From an uncultured Candidatus Saccharibacteria bacterium (lineage in GTDB: Bacteria; Patescibacteriota; Minisyncoccia; Phycocordibacterales; DATDWN01): a DNA stretch of 64,000 bases. The DNA is taken from NCBI GenBank assembly GCA_964597675.1, contig CAZQYV010000003.1, positions 12,338 to 76,337 on the forward strand, given 5' to 3'. Both the position numbers and the translations under genes were made by a program. Under the pieces are notes generated by a model. It did no database searches and was not told where the DNA came from. It saw only the letters and a program-made list of their open reading frames with translations. Shown in pieces: positions 38,126-48,615 of the stretch (positions within the stretch are counted from its first letter, which is position 1; each line of letters starts with the position of its first letter).

Positions 38126-41100
38126 ATGACATCTCGATTTACCCACCTCCATACCCACTCCCACTATTCCCTCCTCAACGCACTGCCAAAAGTAGACGAG
38201 CTCGTAAAGACTGCAAAAAAGATGGGCATGACTTCCCTTGCTCTGACTGACAATTGCAATCTGTATGGTGCGATCGAATTTTATAAGGAATGTAAAAAGC
38301 AAGAAATAAAACCGATTATCGGTATTGATGCGTATGTTGCGTATCGAAGCCGACACGACAAACAAACTGGTGTTGATAAGGACCGTTATCGCCTCATCCT
38401 CCTTGCCACAAACGAGATTGGATACAAAAACCTAATCAAACTTGTAACCTATGCACACATCGAAGGATTTTATTATAAACCTCGTCTCGACCGAGAACTT
38501 TTAGAACAATACCACGAGGGGCTCATCGCCATCTCGCCGTCATTTGCAGGTGATGTGATCAAGTCTCTTAGTATTTCTGACACAGAAAAAGCAACTGAAA
38601 AAATTGAATGGTACAAAAAAACATTTGGTACAGATAATTTTTTCCTTGAAATCACACATCATCCTGAAATCAAAGGGCACGAGGAAAAAATGAAAATGCT
38701 TGTTGATTTTGCTCGACATACAAACACGCAGATCATGGCAGCACATGATGTATATTATATTTCACCCGATGACCGCATTGCCCGAGACACACTGATGCTT
38801 GTCCAGTCTAGTGGAGATATTTCAGACAAAATTAGTAGTGGAAATGCAGAAGATTTTTCTTTCATTTCCCCAGAGCAAGCAGAAAAATACTTTGCTGATA
38901 CGCCAGAGGCACTCGACAACACTGCAAAAATTGCGGACATGTGCAACCTTGAAATTTCGCTCGGCGTGTGGATGTTCCCACACTATGTCGTGGAAAGCGG
39001 ACTCTCTGCCGATGATGAATTACGTCGTATTACATATGAAGGGATTGCACGGAGAAACGTAACTGACACACCTGCACTACGTGAACGTGTTGACTACGAA
39101 TTAAAAGTGATCGGCGACAAAGGATACGCACCATATTTTTTGGTAGTGTCTGACTTGCTTAAATATGCCCGTGATCATGGCATCTTATCAAACATTCGAG
39201 GTTCAGTGTCTGGCTCGATGGTGACATATCTCTCTGGCATTACAAATATTGATCCACTTGAATTTGAAATCCCATTTGAACGCTTCCTCAACCCAGACCG
39301 CCCAAGTGCTCCAGATATTGATATGGACTTTGCCGACAACCGACGCGATGAAATGATAGAGTACTCACGCAAAAAATATGGCGAAGACAAAGTGGCCCAG
39401 ATTGGTACATTTGGTACGATGGCAGCTCGTGGCTCTGTACGTGATGTCACGCGTGCTATGGGCCTGCCATACACATTGGGCGACAGTATAGCCAAACTCA
39501 TCCCCATGGGCGCACAGGGCTTTCCAATGACCATTGACCGCGCATTGGATGAAGTACCAGAACTTGCTGATAGATACAAAGCTGAGACAGATGTCAAAAA
39601 AATTATTGACATGGCAAAAAAGATTGAAGGATGTGCACGCCACATGGGAGTACATGCAGCAGGTGTGGTCATTTCTCCTGTGCCACTAACTGATGTGGTC
39701 CCTCTACAATACGACCCAAAAGGTGAAGGAAAGATTATTACCCAATATGATATGTATTCCGTAGACGAAAACAACGCAGGACTTTTGAAGTTTGATTTTC
39801 TTGGTTTAAAAAACCTCTCAATTATTGCAGATGCAATTGCATTGATCAAAAAAACAACAGGAATCAGCCTCGATCCGGATACTATACCAATAGATGATCC
39901 AAAAACATTTCGAATGCTTGCTCGTGGAGAGACAGCAGATCTTTTCCAACTCAACGGCGAAGGTATGACAAAACATTTGATCGATTTGAAACCATCCACC
40001 ATTCACGACATCAATGCCATGGTGGCACTCTATCGCCCAGGTCCGATCCAGTTTATTCCGGAATACATTAAACGAAAACATAATCCAAAACTGATCATCT
40101 ATTTGGATCCCGCGCTCGAGCCGATTCTAAAAAAAACAAATGGTATTTTGGTCTACCAAGATGACCTTTTGATGATGGCTCACAAACTTGCCGGCTATAC
40201 ATGGGGAGAAGTTGATAAATTCCGAAAAGCTGTCGGTAAAAAAATCCCAGAAGAAATGGCAAAACAAAAGGAGAAATTTATCCAAGGGTGTGTCGAGCAT
40301 TCAGGATGGGCGCTGAAAAAAGCTCAGGAAGTTTGGTTGTGGATCGAACCGTTTGCATCATATGGTTTCAACAAAGCCCACTCGGTATCCTATGGTCGAG
40401 TGGCATATCAGACAGCATATCTTAAAGCAAACTTCCCCGCAGAATACATGGCGAGCGTACTAACACATGAAGCAGGTGATGTTGAAAAAGTTGCAGAGTC
40501 AATTGCAGATTGTAAAAGAATAGGTATCACTATCTTGCCGCCAGATGTTAATGAATCATTTTCTGATTTTACTGTTATTAAAAAGGGAGATTCAGGAAGC
40601 AGGATTCAGGATTCAGGAATGAATACAAAGGATACAGATGCAGAAATGCAAGACTCAGAAAAGAAAGGGAAAAAGAAAAAATCAGAGGACTCTATTCGGT
40701 TTGGATTGAAGACAATAAAAAACTTTGGCGAAGGTATCGCTGACTATATTATTGCTGAAAGAAAATCTCGTGGACCATTTGCCAGTCTCTCTGACTTTCT
40801 CCGCCGTGTGACTGATAAAAATCTCAATAAAAAATCGCTCGAGTCTCTTATTAAAGCGGGTGCAATGGATTCATTTGGGGAAAGGCACACTCTCCTTGGT
40901 AATCTCGACCGTATGTTAGCGTTCAATAAAGAAGAGCGGGCAAAATTGGTTGCCCAAGATTCGCTCTTTTCTCTCTTTGGTGCTGAAATACATGATTTTG
41001 TTCTAGAAAAGGTAGCCGACGGAAATCAAAATGATAATTTACTGTGGGAAAAAGAATTATTAGGTTTATACATTTCTGGGCACCCCTTGGATAGTTTTAA

Positions 41101-41407
41101 ACACAAGCTAGAGGGGCGTGATATGAATATTAAGAAACTGCGCGATACAGCAAAGAACGGTCAGACGGTTGTAATTGGTGGTATCATAGAAGACCTGAAA
41201 GACATCATGACAAAAAAAGGCGACAAGATGCTATTTGTTCGCCTTGGCGATTTATCTGATGCAATCGAATGTGTTATTTTCCCAAAAATATGTGAAGAAT
41301 TTCAAGACATGTTGATACCAGAAAGTTGCGTTGTCATCAAAGGAAAATTTTCTACTCGAAATGAAGGAAAAAGTATTGTTGTAGAAAAAATAAAAGTGAT
41401 GGAATAA
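38126..41407 (+). CDS. dnaE: DNA polymerase III alpha subunit DnaE
   Basis: Start placed at MTSRFTHLHTHSHYSLL (PHP domain motif). Polymerase core ..GVHAAGVVIS.. and OB domain present. Contains a low-complexity Lys/Ser/Asp insertion (..KKGDSGSRIQDSGMNTKDTDAEMQDSEKKGKKKKSEDS..). Confidence 0.92.
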   Translation: MTSRFTHLHTHSHYSLLNALPKVDELVKTAKKMGMTSLALTDNCNLYGAIEFYKECKKQEIKPIIGIDAYVAYRSRHDKQTGVDKDRYRLILLATNEIGYKNLIKLVTYAHIEGFYYKPRLDRELLEQYHEGLIAISPSFAGDVIKSLSISDTEKATEKIEWYKKTFGTDNFFLEITHHPEIKGHEEKMKMLVDFARHTNTQIMAAHDVYYISPDDRIARDTLMLVQSSGDISDKISSGNAEDFSFISPEQAEKYFADTPEALDNTAKIADMCNLEISLGVWMFPHYVVESGLSADDELRRITYEGIARRNVTDTPALRERVDYELKVIGDKGYAPYFLVVSDLLKYARDHGILSNIRGSVSGSMVTYLSGITNIDPLEFEIPFERFLNPDRPSAPDIDMDFADNRRDEMIEYSRKKYGEDKVAQIGTFGTMAARGSVRDVTRAMGLPYTLGDSIAKLIPMGAQGFPMTIDRALDEVPELADRYKAETDVKKIIDMAKKIEGCARHMGVHAAGVVISPVPLTDVVPLQYDPKGEGKIITQYDMYSVDENNAGLLKFDFLGLKNLSIIADAIALIKKTTGISLDPDTIPIDDPKTFRMLARGETADLFQLNGEGMTKHLIDLKPSTIHDINAMVALYRPGPIQFIPEYIKRKHNPKLIIYLDPALEPILKKTNGILVYQDDLLMMAHKLAGYTWGEVDKFRKAVGKKIPEEMAKQKEKFIQGCVEHSGWALKKAQEVWLWIEPFASYGFNKAHSVSYGRVAYQTAYLKANFPAEYMASVLTHEAGDVEKVAESIADCKRIGITILPPDVNESFSDFTVIKKGDSGSRIQDSGMNTKDTDAEMQDSEKKGKKKKSEDSIRFGLKTIKNFGEGIADYIIAERKSRGPFASLSDFLRRVTDKNLNKKSLESLIKAGAMDSFGERHTLLGNLDRMLAFNKEERAKLVAQDSLFSLFGAEIHDFVLEKVADGNQNDNLLWEKELLGLYISGHPLDSFKHKLEGRDMNIKKLRDTAKNGQTVVIGGIIEDLKDIMTKKGDKMLFVRLGDLSDAIECVIFPKICEEFQDMLIPESCVVIKGKFSTRNEGKSIVVEKIKVME

Positions 41408-41442
41408 AATGAAAGGCCCCTACTTTGCGCAGAGGCCACAGA

Positions 41443-42153
41443 CTAATTCATTGGAACAAAGACGAGAATACAGCTTGTGCCGTACCACATTGTCTCAAAA
41501 CTTGCGAGGTCAATTTTGGCCTCGACTTTTTCTTCTTTCCTCAAGTTAATATAAAGAGCCGGCAGAGCAGAGTACCCTGGGGCACTCCACAGCGCCTTCT
41601 CTTCATCAAAGGACACACACCAGCTACGCAATGGCAAACTCTGGCACCCTTGCTGGTACGCTAGTGCAATCCCTTGTGCTCCGACAAGCACCCCACCCTC
41701 AACCCTAATCTTTTCTAGACACTCTACTGGACCAACCATCTCGCTCTTGACGATTCCAAAAACTTTCACGCAGAACCGCAAACCAGGGACCAAGTGGTTT
41801 GTTGCAAGCATGTAATATGGATCGTCAAAACACTTATTGAGAAAATACAATTTACTTTCATACGACGAACGAAATGTTCCTAGGCAACCATGATACTTGT
41901 AGTCAACGGGAATAGCCACCTCAAAATTACACAGATGTTCAAATTTACTTTGCCTTTGCTTGGTCCGTATTATTGCCATCTTATGTCTACGACCAATCTT
42001 TGTCATGTCAGCGAGCTGGCGGTCAACTTCAACAGGATCATGCATACCCGCAACATACTGTTGCGTAAGATCCGGAATCCTCTTTTCTGAAAAAATCTTC
42101 AACTCCTCTGGTGTAGGACGCCTTTTTATATTTTCCCGAGCAAGATTTGACAT
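41443..42153 (-). CDS. Orphan protein B, no recognisable domain, compositionally atypical (up to about 60% GC in its 3' half)
   Basis: 236 aa uninterrupted ORF wedged between dnaE and thrS; GC 50-63% in 41560-41720 against about 38% background; no motif assignable. Confidence 0.5.
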   Translation of the reverse strand: MSNLARENIKRRPTPEELKIFSEKRIPDLTQQYVAGMHDPVEVDRQLADMTKIGRRHKMAIIRTKQRQSKFEHLCNFEVAIPVDYKYHGCLGTFRSSYESKLYFLNKCFDDPYYMLATNHLVPGLRFCVKVFGIVKSEMVGPVECLEKIRVEGGVLVGAQGIALAYQQGCQSLPLRSWCVSFDEEKALWSAPGYSALPALYINLRKEEKVEAKIDLASFETMWYGTSCILVFVPMN

Positions 42154-42270
42154 AACCCCCTCCTTCTTTCCTCCGGGTTGACCGGTTGTTTATATCCACA
42201 CTGATTAGACACTTATTAAGATTATTTGTCAACAGTGTTCGATTCTATAAAAAACTGGTACTATAGAAAA

Positions 42271-44028
42271 ATGGAAACACAACAATTAGAACATATACGC
42301 CACTCACTCGCCCACCTGTTGGCAAAAGCAGTGACAGATCTCTATCCTGACGCATTACCAACCCTTGGTCCTGCAATTGATACAGGTTTTTATTATGATT
42401 TTCAATTTTCCTCTCCTATTTCAGAAAAGGACTTTACAAAAATTGAACAAAAAATGAAGGAGGTTGCAAAACACTGGAAGGGATTTACCAAGCAAGATGT
42501 CACCCCCCAAGAAGCAAAAAAACACTTTGAACACAACCAATACAAACTAGAGTTGATTGGGGAAATTGAAGCCAAGGGAGAACCCATAACACTCTACACG
42601 TCTGGTGATGGTGTATATGCTTTTACTGATCTCTGTCGCGGAGGACACACTGCAGATGTACCCGCAATTCAAGCTGGCAGCTGGAAACTCGAACGAGTCG
42701 CTGGTGCATATTGGCGAGGTGATGAAAAAAACACCATGCTTACTCGTGTGTACGGACTAGCATTTGAATCGAAAGAGGCACTTGAAAAATACGAATGGAT
42801 GATGGAGGAAGCAAAAAAAAGAGACCATCGTATTATCGGAAAAACAATGAAGCTTTTTACTGTTTCCGAGCTAATTGGTGTAGGACTTCCACTCATGCAA
42901 CCAAATGGAATGATTATTCGACAAGAGATTGAGAATTACCTTTGGAGTTTACATAAAAACAAAGGATATTCTCGAGTTTGGACACCGCATATTGCAAAAG
43001 AAGCCCTCTACGAAACATCTGGTCATGCATCAAAATTTGGAGATGAATTATTTAGGGTACAGGGCAAAGAAGAAAAGTTTTTTATGAAGCCCATGAACTG
43101 CCCTCACCATATGCAAATTTTTGCTGACAACCAATTTTCTTACAGAGATATGCCTGTTAGATATTTTGAACCAGCAACGATTTACCGTGATGAGAAAAAA
43201 GGACAACTTTCAGGACTTACTCGAGTGAGAGCAATTACTCAGGATGATGGTCACCTATTCTGTAGAATGTCCCAGATAAAAGAGGAGGCATCTCTAATTG
43301 TTTCTATAATTAAAGAATTCTATACAACAATCGGCATGTTTGATGGGTACTGGGTTAGACTTTCAACTCGTGGCGAGGACAAAAACCAATACATTGGAAC
43401 CGAGGAAAACTGGGCAACAGCAGAAAATATTTTAGAGGATGTTGCTAAAGAAAACGAATTGAATTATAGACCAGGACCGGGTGAAGCGGCATTTTACGGA
43501 CCAAAACTAGATTTCATGTTCAAAGATGCAATCGGACGAGAGTGGCAATTGGCAACAATTCAATGTGACTTCAACCTCCCCGAACGATTCGATCTCTCAT
43601 TTGTAAATGAAAAGGGTGAGAAAGAACGTCCTGTGGTTATCCACCGCGCAATCTCTGGTTCCCTTGAGAGATTTATGGGAGTGATGATTGAACATTTTGC
43701 CGGCAACTTCCCTCTTTGGCTTTCACCGGTTCAAGTAAAAGTTATTCCTGTGAGAGAATCCCACAATGCTTATGCGGAAAAAGTTCACAAAGCACTTATC
43801 GACGCAGATATTCGCTCTGACTTTGACGATAGAGATTTAAACCTTGGTAAAAAAGTACGTGAAGCAAAAAACGAGAAAATAACATATTGGTGCGTAATCG
43901 GAGACAAGGAAGTTGAATCAAACAACATCACACTTGAATCACGAGACACAGAAAAATCAGAGCAGATTTCACTCGAAACGTTGATTGAGAAATTAGAAAC
44001 AGAAATTCGAGAGAAAAAAATAAAATAA
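42271..44028 (+). CDS. thrS: Threonyl-tRNA synthetase (lacking N-terminal TGS domain)
   Basis: Start at METQQLEHIRHSLAHLLAKAV (editing-domain His motif); class II catalytic core (..KRDHRIIGK.., ..FMKPMNCPHH..); anticodon-binding C-terminal region; about 585 aa. Confidence 0.9.
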   Translation: METQQLEHIRHSLAHLLAKAVTDLYPDALPTLGPAIDTGFYYDFQFSSPISEKDFTKIEQKMKEVAKHWKGFTKQDVTPQEAKKHFEHNQYKLELIGEIEAKGEPITLYTSGDGVYAFTDLCRGGHTADVPAIQAGSWKLERVAGAYWRGDEKNTMLTRVYGLAFESKEALEKYEWMMEEAKKRDHRIIGKTMKLFTVSELIGVGLPLMQPNGMIIRQEIENYLWSLHKNKGYSRVWTPHIAKEALYETSGHASKFGDELFRVQGKEEKFFMKPMNCPHHMQIFADNQFSYRDMPVRYFEPATIYRDEKKGQLSGLTRVRAITQDDGHLFCRMSQIKEEASLIVSIIKEFYTTIGMFDGYWVRLSTRGEDKNQYIGTEENWATAENILEDVAKENELNYRPGPGEAAFYGPKLDFMFKDAIGREWQLATIQCDFNLPERFDLSFVNEKGEKERPVVIHRAISGSLERFMGVMIEHFAGNFPLWLSPVQVKVIPVRESHNAYAEKVHKALIDADIRSDFDDRDLNLGKKVREAKNEKITYWCVIGDKEVESNNITLESRDTEKSEQISLETLIEKLETEIREKKIK

Positions 44029-44080
44029 TAAGTAAAAAGTAATAAGTAAAGATACGGCACCCAATCAAGGGTGCCATTGT

Positions 44081-44275
44081 CTACCATGGGCGAAGTATAC
44101 TTGCCACAACAAGCCATCCTATCATTCTGAGAAGTAAATTATTCGCACAGCCAAAATCTTCTCGTGGATTAATATGAAGATTAAGACCAATCAGTTTTAC
44201 CAATGATACTCCCGCAAAACCTAAGCAAAGGATAAAATACACCCACTTAAACCAAATAGTTATGTGACTCATCAT
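44081..44275 (-). CDS. Small 2-TM membrane protein, hypothetical
   Basis: 64 aa hydrophobic ORF between thrS and gyrB; weak. Confidence 0.25.
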   Translation of the reverse strand: MMSHITIWFKWVYFILCLGFAGVSLVKLIGLNLHINPREDFGCANNLLLRMIGWLVVASILRPW

Positions 44276-44315
44276 TTCTAACTATCTCCTATAAAATATA
44301 GTAGTACATCAGATT

Positions 44316-46412
44316 TTAAATATCAATATTTGCTTTTGTGGCATTAGACTGGATAAAACTCTTTCTACTTGGCACATCACTTCCCATCAGAACATCAAAT
44401 ACCTTGTCTGCGGCTACTGTATCCTCGACACTAACCTGCAATAGAATTCGTCGAGCAGGATCCATCGTTGTCTCCCATAGTTCCTCTGCATTCATTTCTC
44501 CCAAACCTTTGTAGCGCTGAATGTGCATCTTGGCAGACTTTGCTTTCTCCTCTTTCTTGCCTTTTTTATTGTCTGTCTCTCCGGATTCATCTTCCTCCGT
44601 CTCTTCGTCACCTGGCTGTACCTCTTCTACCAATTCCTCAACATTTGCAGTAATGCCATGCTCCTTTTTAAAGGTATCCATCTCACCTTCTGTGTAAACA
44701 TAGTGAATCTCCTTTCCAATTTTTATTTTATAGAGTGGTGGTTGTGCAATGTACACAAATCCCCCATCAATCAGTGGTCGGAAAAATCGGTAAAGCAATG
44801 TCAAAATAAGTGTACGGATATGCGCACCGTCCACGTCGGCATCAGTTGCTATAATAATTTTGTGATAACGAAGCTTCGCAATATCAAACGTGTCTCCAAT
44901 CGCAGTACCCAACGCCACGACAAGATTTTTAATTTGCTCAGACTCAAGCATACGATCGAGACGTGCTCGCTCGATGTTTAGAATCTTACCTCGCAATGGC
45001 AAAATTGCCTGTGTGCGTCGGTCACGCCCCGTCTTTGCAGTACCACCGGCAGAATCTCCCTCTACAATAAATATCTCTGAATCCTCGGCATTTTTTGACT
45101 GACAGTCCGCAAGCTTGCCGGGCAGGGTCATACCCTCGAGGGCTCCTTTGCGCAATACAGAATCCTTGGCCGCCTTGGCTGCTTTACGGGCCTTGAGGGC
45201 CAGTACCACCTTGTTTATGATAGCTCGGGCATCCTCTGGGTTTTCCTCCAGAAAGTAGTTAAAGGCTTCTGAAAATACAGAGTTGACCGAAGCTTGGGCT
45301 TCAACAGTTCCCAGTTTTGCTTTTGTTTGTCCTTCAAACTGGATCTCGCGAAGTTTAACAGAAATGACCGCAGTCAAACCTTCGAGCACATCATCACCTG
45401 TAAAGTTGTCCTCGGACTCCTTAATTAGATTATTTTTTCTGCCGTACGCATTGAGTGTTCTGGTCAGTGCTGTTTTAAATCCTGTAACATGTGTGCCACC
45501 CTCTGCGGTATAAATATTGTTTGCAAATGGCAAAATACGTGCGGAAATATCATCGACGTATTGAAGCGATACCTCGACAGACTCGTATTCATTTGTTTTC
45601 TTTTCAACATAAAAAACATTTTTGTGAATTGGTTTAAAGTCATGGTTATAAAATTTGACCAGTGACAATAGCCCTCCTTCGAAGTAGAAAGACATGCTTG
45701 GAATTTCTAGATTGAGCTCGCAGATACGGAAAATCTCATCAATTTTTATTTTGCCAGTGTACTCACGCGCATCATTGACGGTGATATGCAATCCTTTGAC
45801 GAGGTATGCTTGCTGACGCAAATGATTGACCACTCGATCAAAATCGAAATCGGTGATTGGGAAAATCGCAGGATCTGGCTGAAACTCAACAATCGTTCCG
45901 TTATTTTTTGTCGAACCTATTTTTTTAACAGCTGCTTTCTTTTTACCCTGAGAATATTCCTGCATGTACACACCCCCTTCCTTATGTACCGTCACTTTAC
46001 AATAAATAGAAAGCGCGTTGACGACGGACGCACCCACACCATGTAAACCTCCGGAAACTTTGTACCCACCCTCCTCACCACCAAATTTACCTCCCGCATG
46101 AAGGGTTGTCATAATTGTCTCCAGTGCAGAGACTTTAGTTTGCTTGTGGATATCGACAGGGATACCTCGGCCGTTATCTGTCACTCGAATACGATTACCT
46201 GGTAGGAGTGTTACCTCGATCTCATCGGCAAAACCACCCATAGCTTCATCTCGTGAGTTATCAAAAATCTCCCAAATCAAGTGATGGAGACCATCGGGAC
46301 CTGTTGTACCAATATACATACCCGGTCGTTTTCGGACCGGCTCGAGACCCTCCAATATCTGAATCGCATCCGCTCCGTACGAGTCTTTTTTGGTGTTTTT
46401 TTCCTTTGCCAT
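44316..46412 (-). CDS. gyrB: DNA gyrase subunit B
   Basis: 698 aa; GHKL ATPase (..GLHHLIWEIFDNSRDEA..), TOPRIM (..EGDSAGG..), C-terminal tail; about 60-residue acidic/Lys insertion near the C-terminus. Confidence 0.93.
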   Translation of the reverse strand: MAKEKNTKKDSYGADAIQILEGLEPVRKRPGMYIGTTGPDGLHHLIWEIFDNSRDEAMGGFADEIEVTLLPGNRIRVTDNGRGIPVDIHKQTKVSALETIMTTLHAGGKFGGEEGGYKVSGGLHGVGASVVNALSIYCKVTVHKEGGVYMQEYSQGKKKAAVKKIGSTKNNGTIVEFQPDPAIFPITDFDFDRVVNHLRQQAYLVKGLHITVNDAREYTGKIKIDEIFRICELNLEIPSMSFYFEGGLLSLVKFYNHDFKPIHKNVFYVEKKTNEYESVEVSLQYVDDISARILPFANNIYTAEGGTHVTGFKTALTRTLNAYGRKNNLIKESEDNFTGDDVLEGLTAVISVKLREIQFEGQTKAKLGTVEAQASVNSVFSEAFNYFLEENPEDARAIINKVVLALKARKAAKAAKDSVLRKGALEGMTLPGKLADCQSKNAEDSEIFIVEGDSAGGTAKTGRDRRTQAILPLRGKILNIERARLDRMLESEQIKNLVVALGTAIGDTFDIAKLRYHKIIIATDADVDGAHIRTLILTLLYRFFRPLIDGGFVYIAQPPLYKIKIGKEIHYVYTEGEMDTFKKEHGITANVEELVEEVQPGDEETEEDESGETDNKKGKKEEKAKSAKMHIQRYKGLGEMNAEELWETTMDPARRILLQVSVEDTVAADKVFDVLMGSDVPSRKSFIQSNATKANIDI

Positions 46413-46501
46413 GAGTATAGTAAAATGTGAATTTTAGGTCTTTATTATATCAAAAAGCCAGCCAAAATGAAAGGGTAAATCTATACATTTTTATTAAAAA
46501 A

Positions 46502-46532
46502 CCGGCGGGGTGCAATTGCACTCCCGCCGGGG
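46502..46532 (-). terminator. GC-rich terminator of the flotillin gene
   Basis: CCGGCGGGAGTGCAATTGCACCCCGCCGG followed by TTTTTTAAT on the minus strand. Confidence 0.8.
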
Positions 46533-46583
46533 TTATTAAACTCTATAGTTTAGTAAACTCTTCACTACCGAGCTGAATGACGA

Positions 46584-48443
46584 CTACTGTTTCGAAGTTT
46601 CAGAATGAGCGCCATTCTTTATCGAGTCCTCAAGCATTCGAGCCATGAGAACATTGACGATGCCGCTGCTTCCACTATCCGTTCCGCCGCCGGCGACCAC
46701 ATCTGGAACCAGCTTGAATCCACTGGTTGCCAGCGCCCTGCCGACTTCGATGGTAGCATAATTGCCCTGACCAACCGCGTTGGTCTTGAGTTGGATGACT
46801 TTCGCCTCCGCTTCACCGACTGCAGTGATCTTCTTGCCTTCGGCCTCGCCGACTGTGGTCAACACCTGGGCATCCGCCTCAGCATTGATGGTCTTGGACT
46901 CCGCGTCCCCTTTCGCCTTCTTGACGGCTGACTGAGCGTCGAATTCCGCGATTTGCACCTTGCGTTCAGCATCCACCACGCGTGCTTGAGTTGCCGCGAG
47001 AGCGCGAGCCTGCTCGAGTTCCTTGCGGGTATCCTCGGCGAGCTTTTGCGTCCCATAGGTGATCTTCTCCTGCTCGGCCAACTTACGGTTGGTAAGTGTC
47101 TCCATGAGAGCGTCCGGTGGCGTAATATCACCGATAAGTGTGTCGATGGCACCGACGTTGTAAACTTGCAACGCGGCGGCGATCGAGTCCTTCGCCTGAG
47201 TTTGACGTTCCACGCGACTGTTGAGGAATTGGATGACATCCGATCCCTGCGCAGCGTTACGGAAGTAGTTGCCGATGGTCGGCTCCAACACCTGTGTTAC
47301 CAAGTTGGTCACCGATCCAAACCGCGCGATAACCTTGGGGGCGTCATTGCGGGGGATGTGAATGATCTGGCTCACATCCAAGTTAAACTTGAAGCCGTCG
47401 GACGAACGCACTGTTATTGTACATAGGTTCTCGTCGAGCTTGTGGGCCTCGCTCTTGTCGTTCGCCCAGTTGAGGACAATATTGGCGGTCGGAACCGCCT
47501 CGACCTTGTGAGTCCACGGATTAATCGGGTATCTGCCCGGATCGAGCGGATCCACCCAAACCCCTTTCTGGCCTTTGCCAACCAGATTACCATGTTTAAA
47601 TGTCTCGCCGGTGACGTCAACGCCCTCATTGCCGACGTATGAAATCACAACGCCGACATGAGCAATAGGAATTTCCGTCATAGGTACACGTTCGATCGAA
47701 GCGAAGCGCGGATTGATGAAATACCGACCGGCCAGAATAACCTGCTCCTGTCGGCCCTTGAAACCACCAGCATTTAGAAATGCTTGCGCATCCTGAAAGC
47801 TGTTGTGGCCCAGAACTTCAGGGCCGGCGATGTCACCATTGGGAAGCTGTTTGCCTTCCTTGGTGGTGACAAGACCAACCATGTTGCTCTCCACCTCAGT
47901 CACATCCGCCTCACTCACATCAAAGAGACGAGTATTGATGCGGTATGTTCCGGGAGGAATGATCGCGATCTGAGGACCGCGTTCTCCCCCATTTTGGATA
48001 AAGGCCCGAGCATCCTGATAGGAATTGCATTCGACCAACTTGGCCAACACGCGCCCACCAGAAAGTGGTTTGCCATCCCTAGCTTCCACCACACCAAGTT
48101 TGCCTTGCTTGATGGTGAGAAACGATCTGATTGAGACCGAGTACTGCCAGGGCCATAAGCCCCAATGCAAACCCGGCGCCAGAGTCTCCGCTTGGATTCC
48201 CGCCTCACCGTTGAGCGCAATGATTGCGCCGTCCGGGAGTTTGGAATTCTTGCCGAACAACACGAACTTTTTCTCGACCTCGCCGTAGGAACCGGCGGGA
48301 ACAACTACCGCGCCAAATAGGCGCAGGAAGAGTTTGTAAGCAGCGAGCATGACCACGACAGCCAGCACCCACCAATAATCCAAAACAAAATGAAGGACTT
48401 CCATTTTTTCCTCTCTTTCAAATAACAAAACCGTGTTTGTCAC
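46584..48443 (-). CDS. Flotillin-like SPFH/band-7 protein (FloT/YqiK-like), horizontally acquired
   Basis: 619 aa. N-terminal TM, SPFH domain, long Ala/Glu-rich coiled-coil 'flotillin' region (..AEQEKITYGTQKLAEDTRKELEQARALAATQARVV..). About 57% GC against about 38% genome. Alternative start MEVLHF at 48404. Confidence 0.8.
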   Translation of the reverse strand: MTNTVLLFEREEKMEVLHFVLDYWWVLAVVVMLAAYKLFLRLFGAVVVPAGSYGEVEKKFVLFGKNSKLPDGAIIALNGEAGIQAETLAPGLHWGLWPWQYSVSIRSFLTIKQGKLGVVEARDGKPLSGGRVLAKLVECNSYQDARAFIQNGGERGPQIAIIPPGTYRINTRLFDVSEADVTEVESNMVGLVTTKEGKQLPNGDIAGPEVLGHNSFQDAQAFLNAGGFKGRQEQVILAGRYFINPRFASIERVPMTEIPIAHVGVVISYVGNEGVDVTGETFKHGNLVGKGQKGVWVDPLDPGRYPINPWTHKVEAVPTANIVLNWANDKSEAHKLDENLCTITVRSSDGFKFNLDVSQIIHIPRNDAPKVIARFGSVTNLVTQVLEPTIGNYFRNAAQGSDVIQFLNSRVERQTQAKDSIAAALQVYNVGAIDTLIGDITPPDALMETLTNRKLAEQEKITYGTQKLAEDTRKELEQARALAATQARVVDAERKVQIAEFDAQSAVKKAKGDAESKTINAEADAQVLTTVGEAEGKKITAVGEAEAKVIQLKTNAVGQGNYATIEVGRALATSGFKLVPDVVAGGGTDSGSSGIVNVLMARMLEDSIKNGAHSETSKQ

Positions 48444-48615
48444 GGCCCATGGGACCCAAAATTGGATTCCAAACTGAACGTGATGCTAGCACAAATGCTT
48501 TATTTTGTCAAGTATTTAATTGACAAGTAAAAATATGTATATTTTAATGACATTTTACAAAAACAAGAAAATAATCTACTTGAATTTTCGCCTATTTATA
48601 CGTACACTAAAGAAC

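Noticed and set aside
39175-40002. 275-aa antisense ORF inside dnaE
   Set aside because: It is entirely within and opposite to a well-supported dnaE frame. It has Ser/Pro-rich low complexity and no start context.
46600-48310. Multiple 60-150-aa ORFs antisense and out of frame within the flotillin gene
   Set aside because: They are artefacts of local 57% GC (few stop codons). They are Arg/Pro-rich, and one continuous 619-aa SPFH/flotillin frame explains the region.
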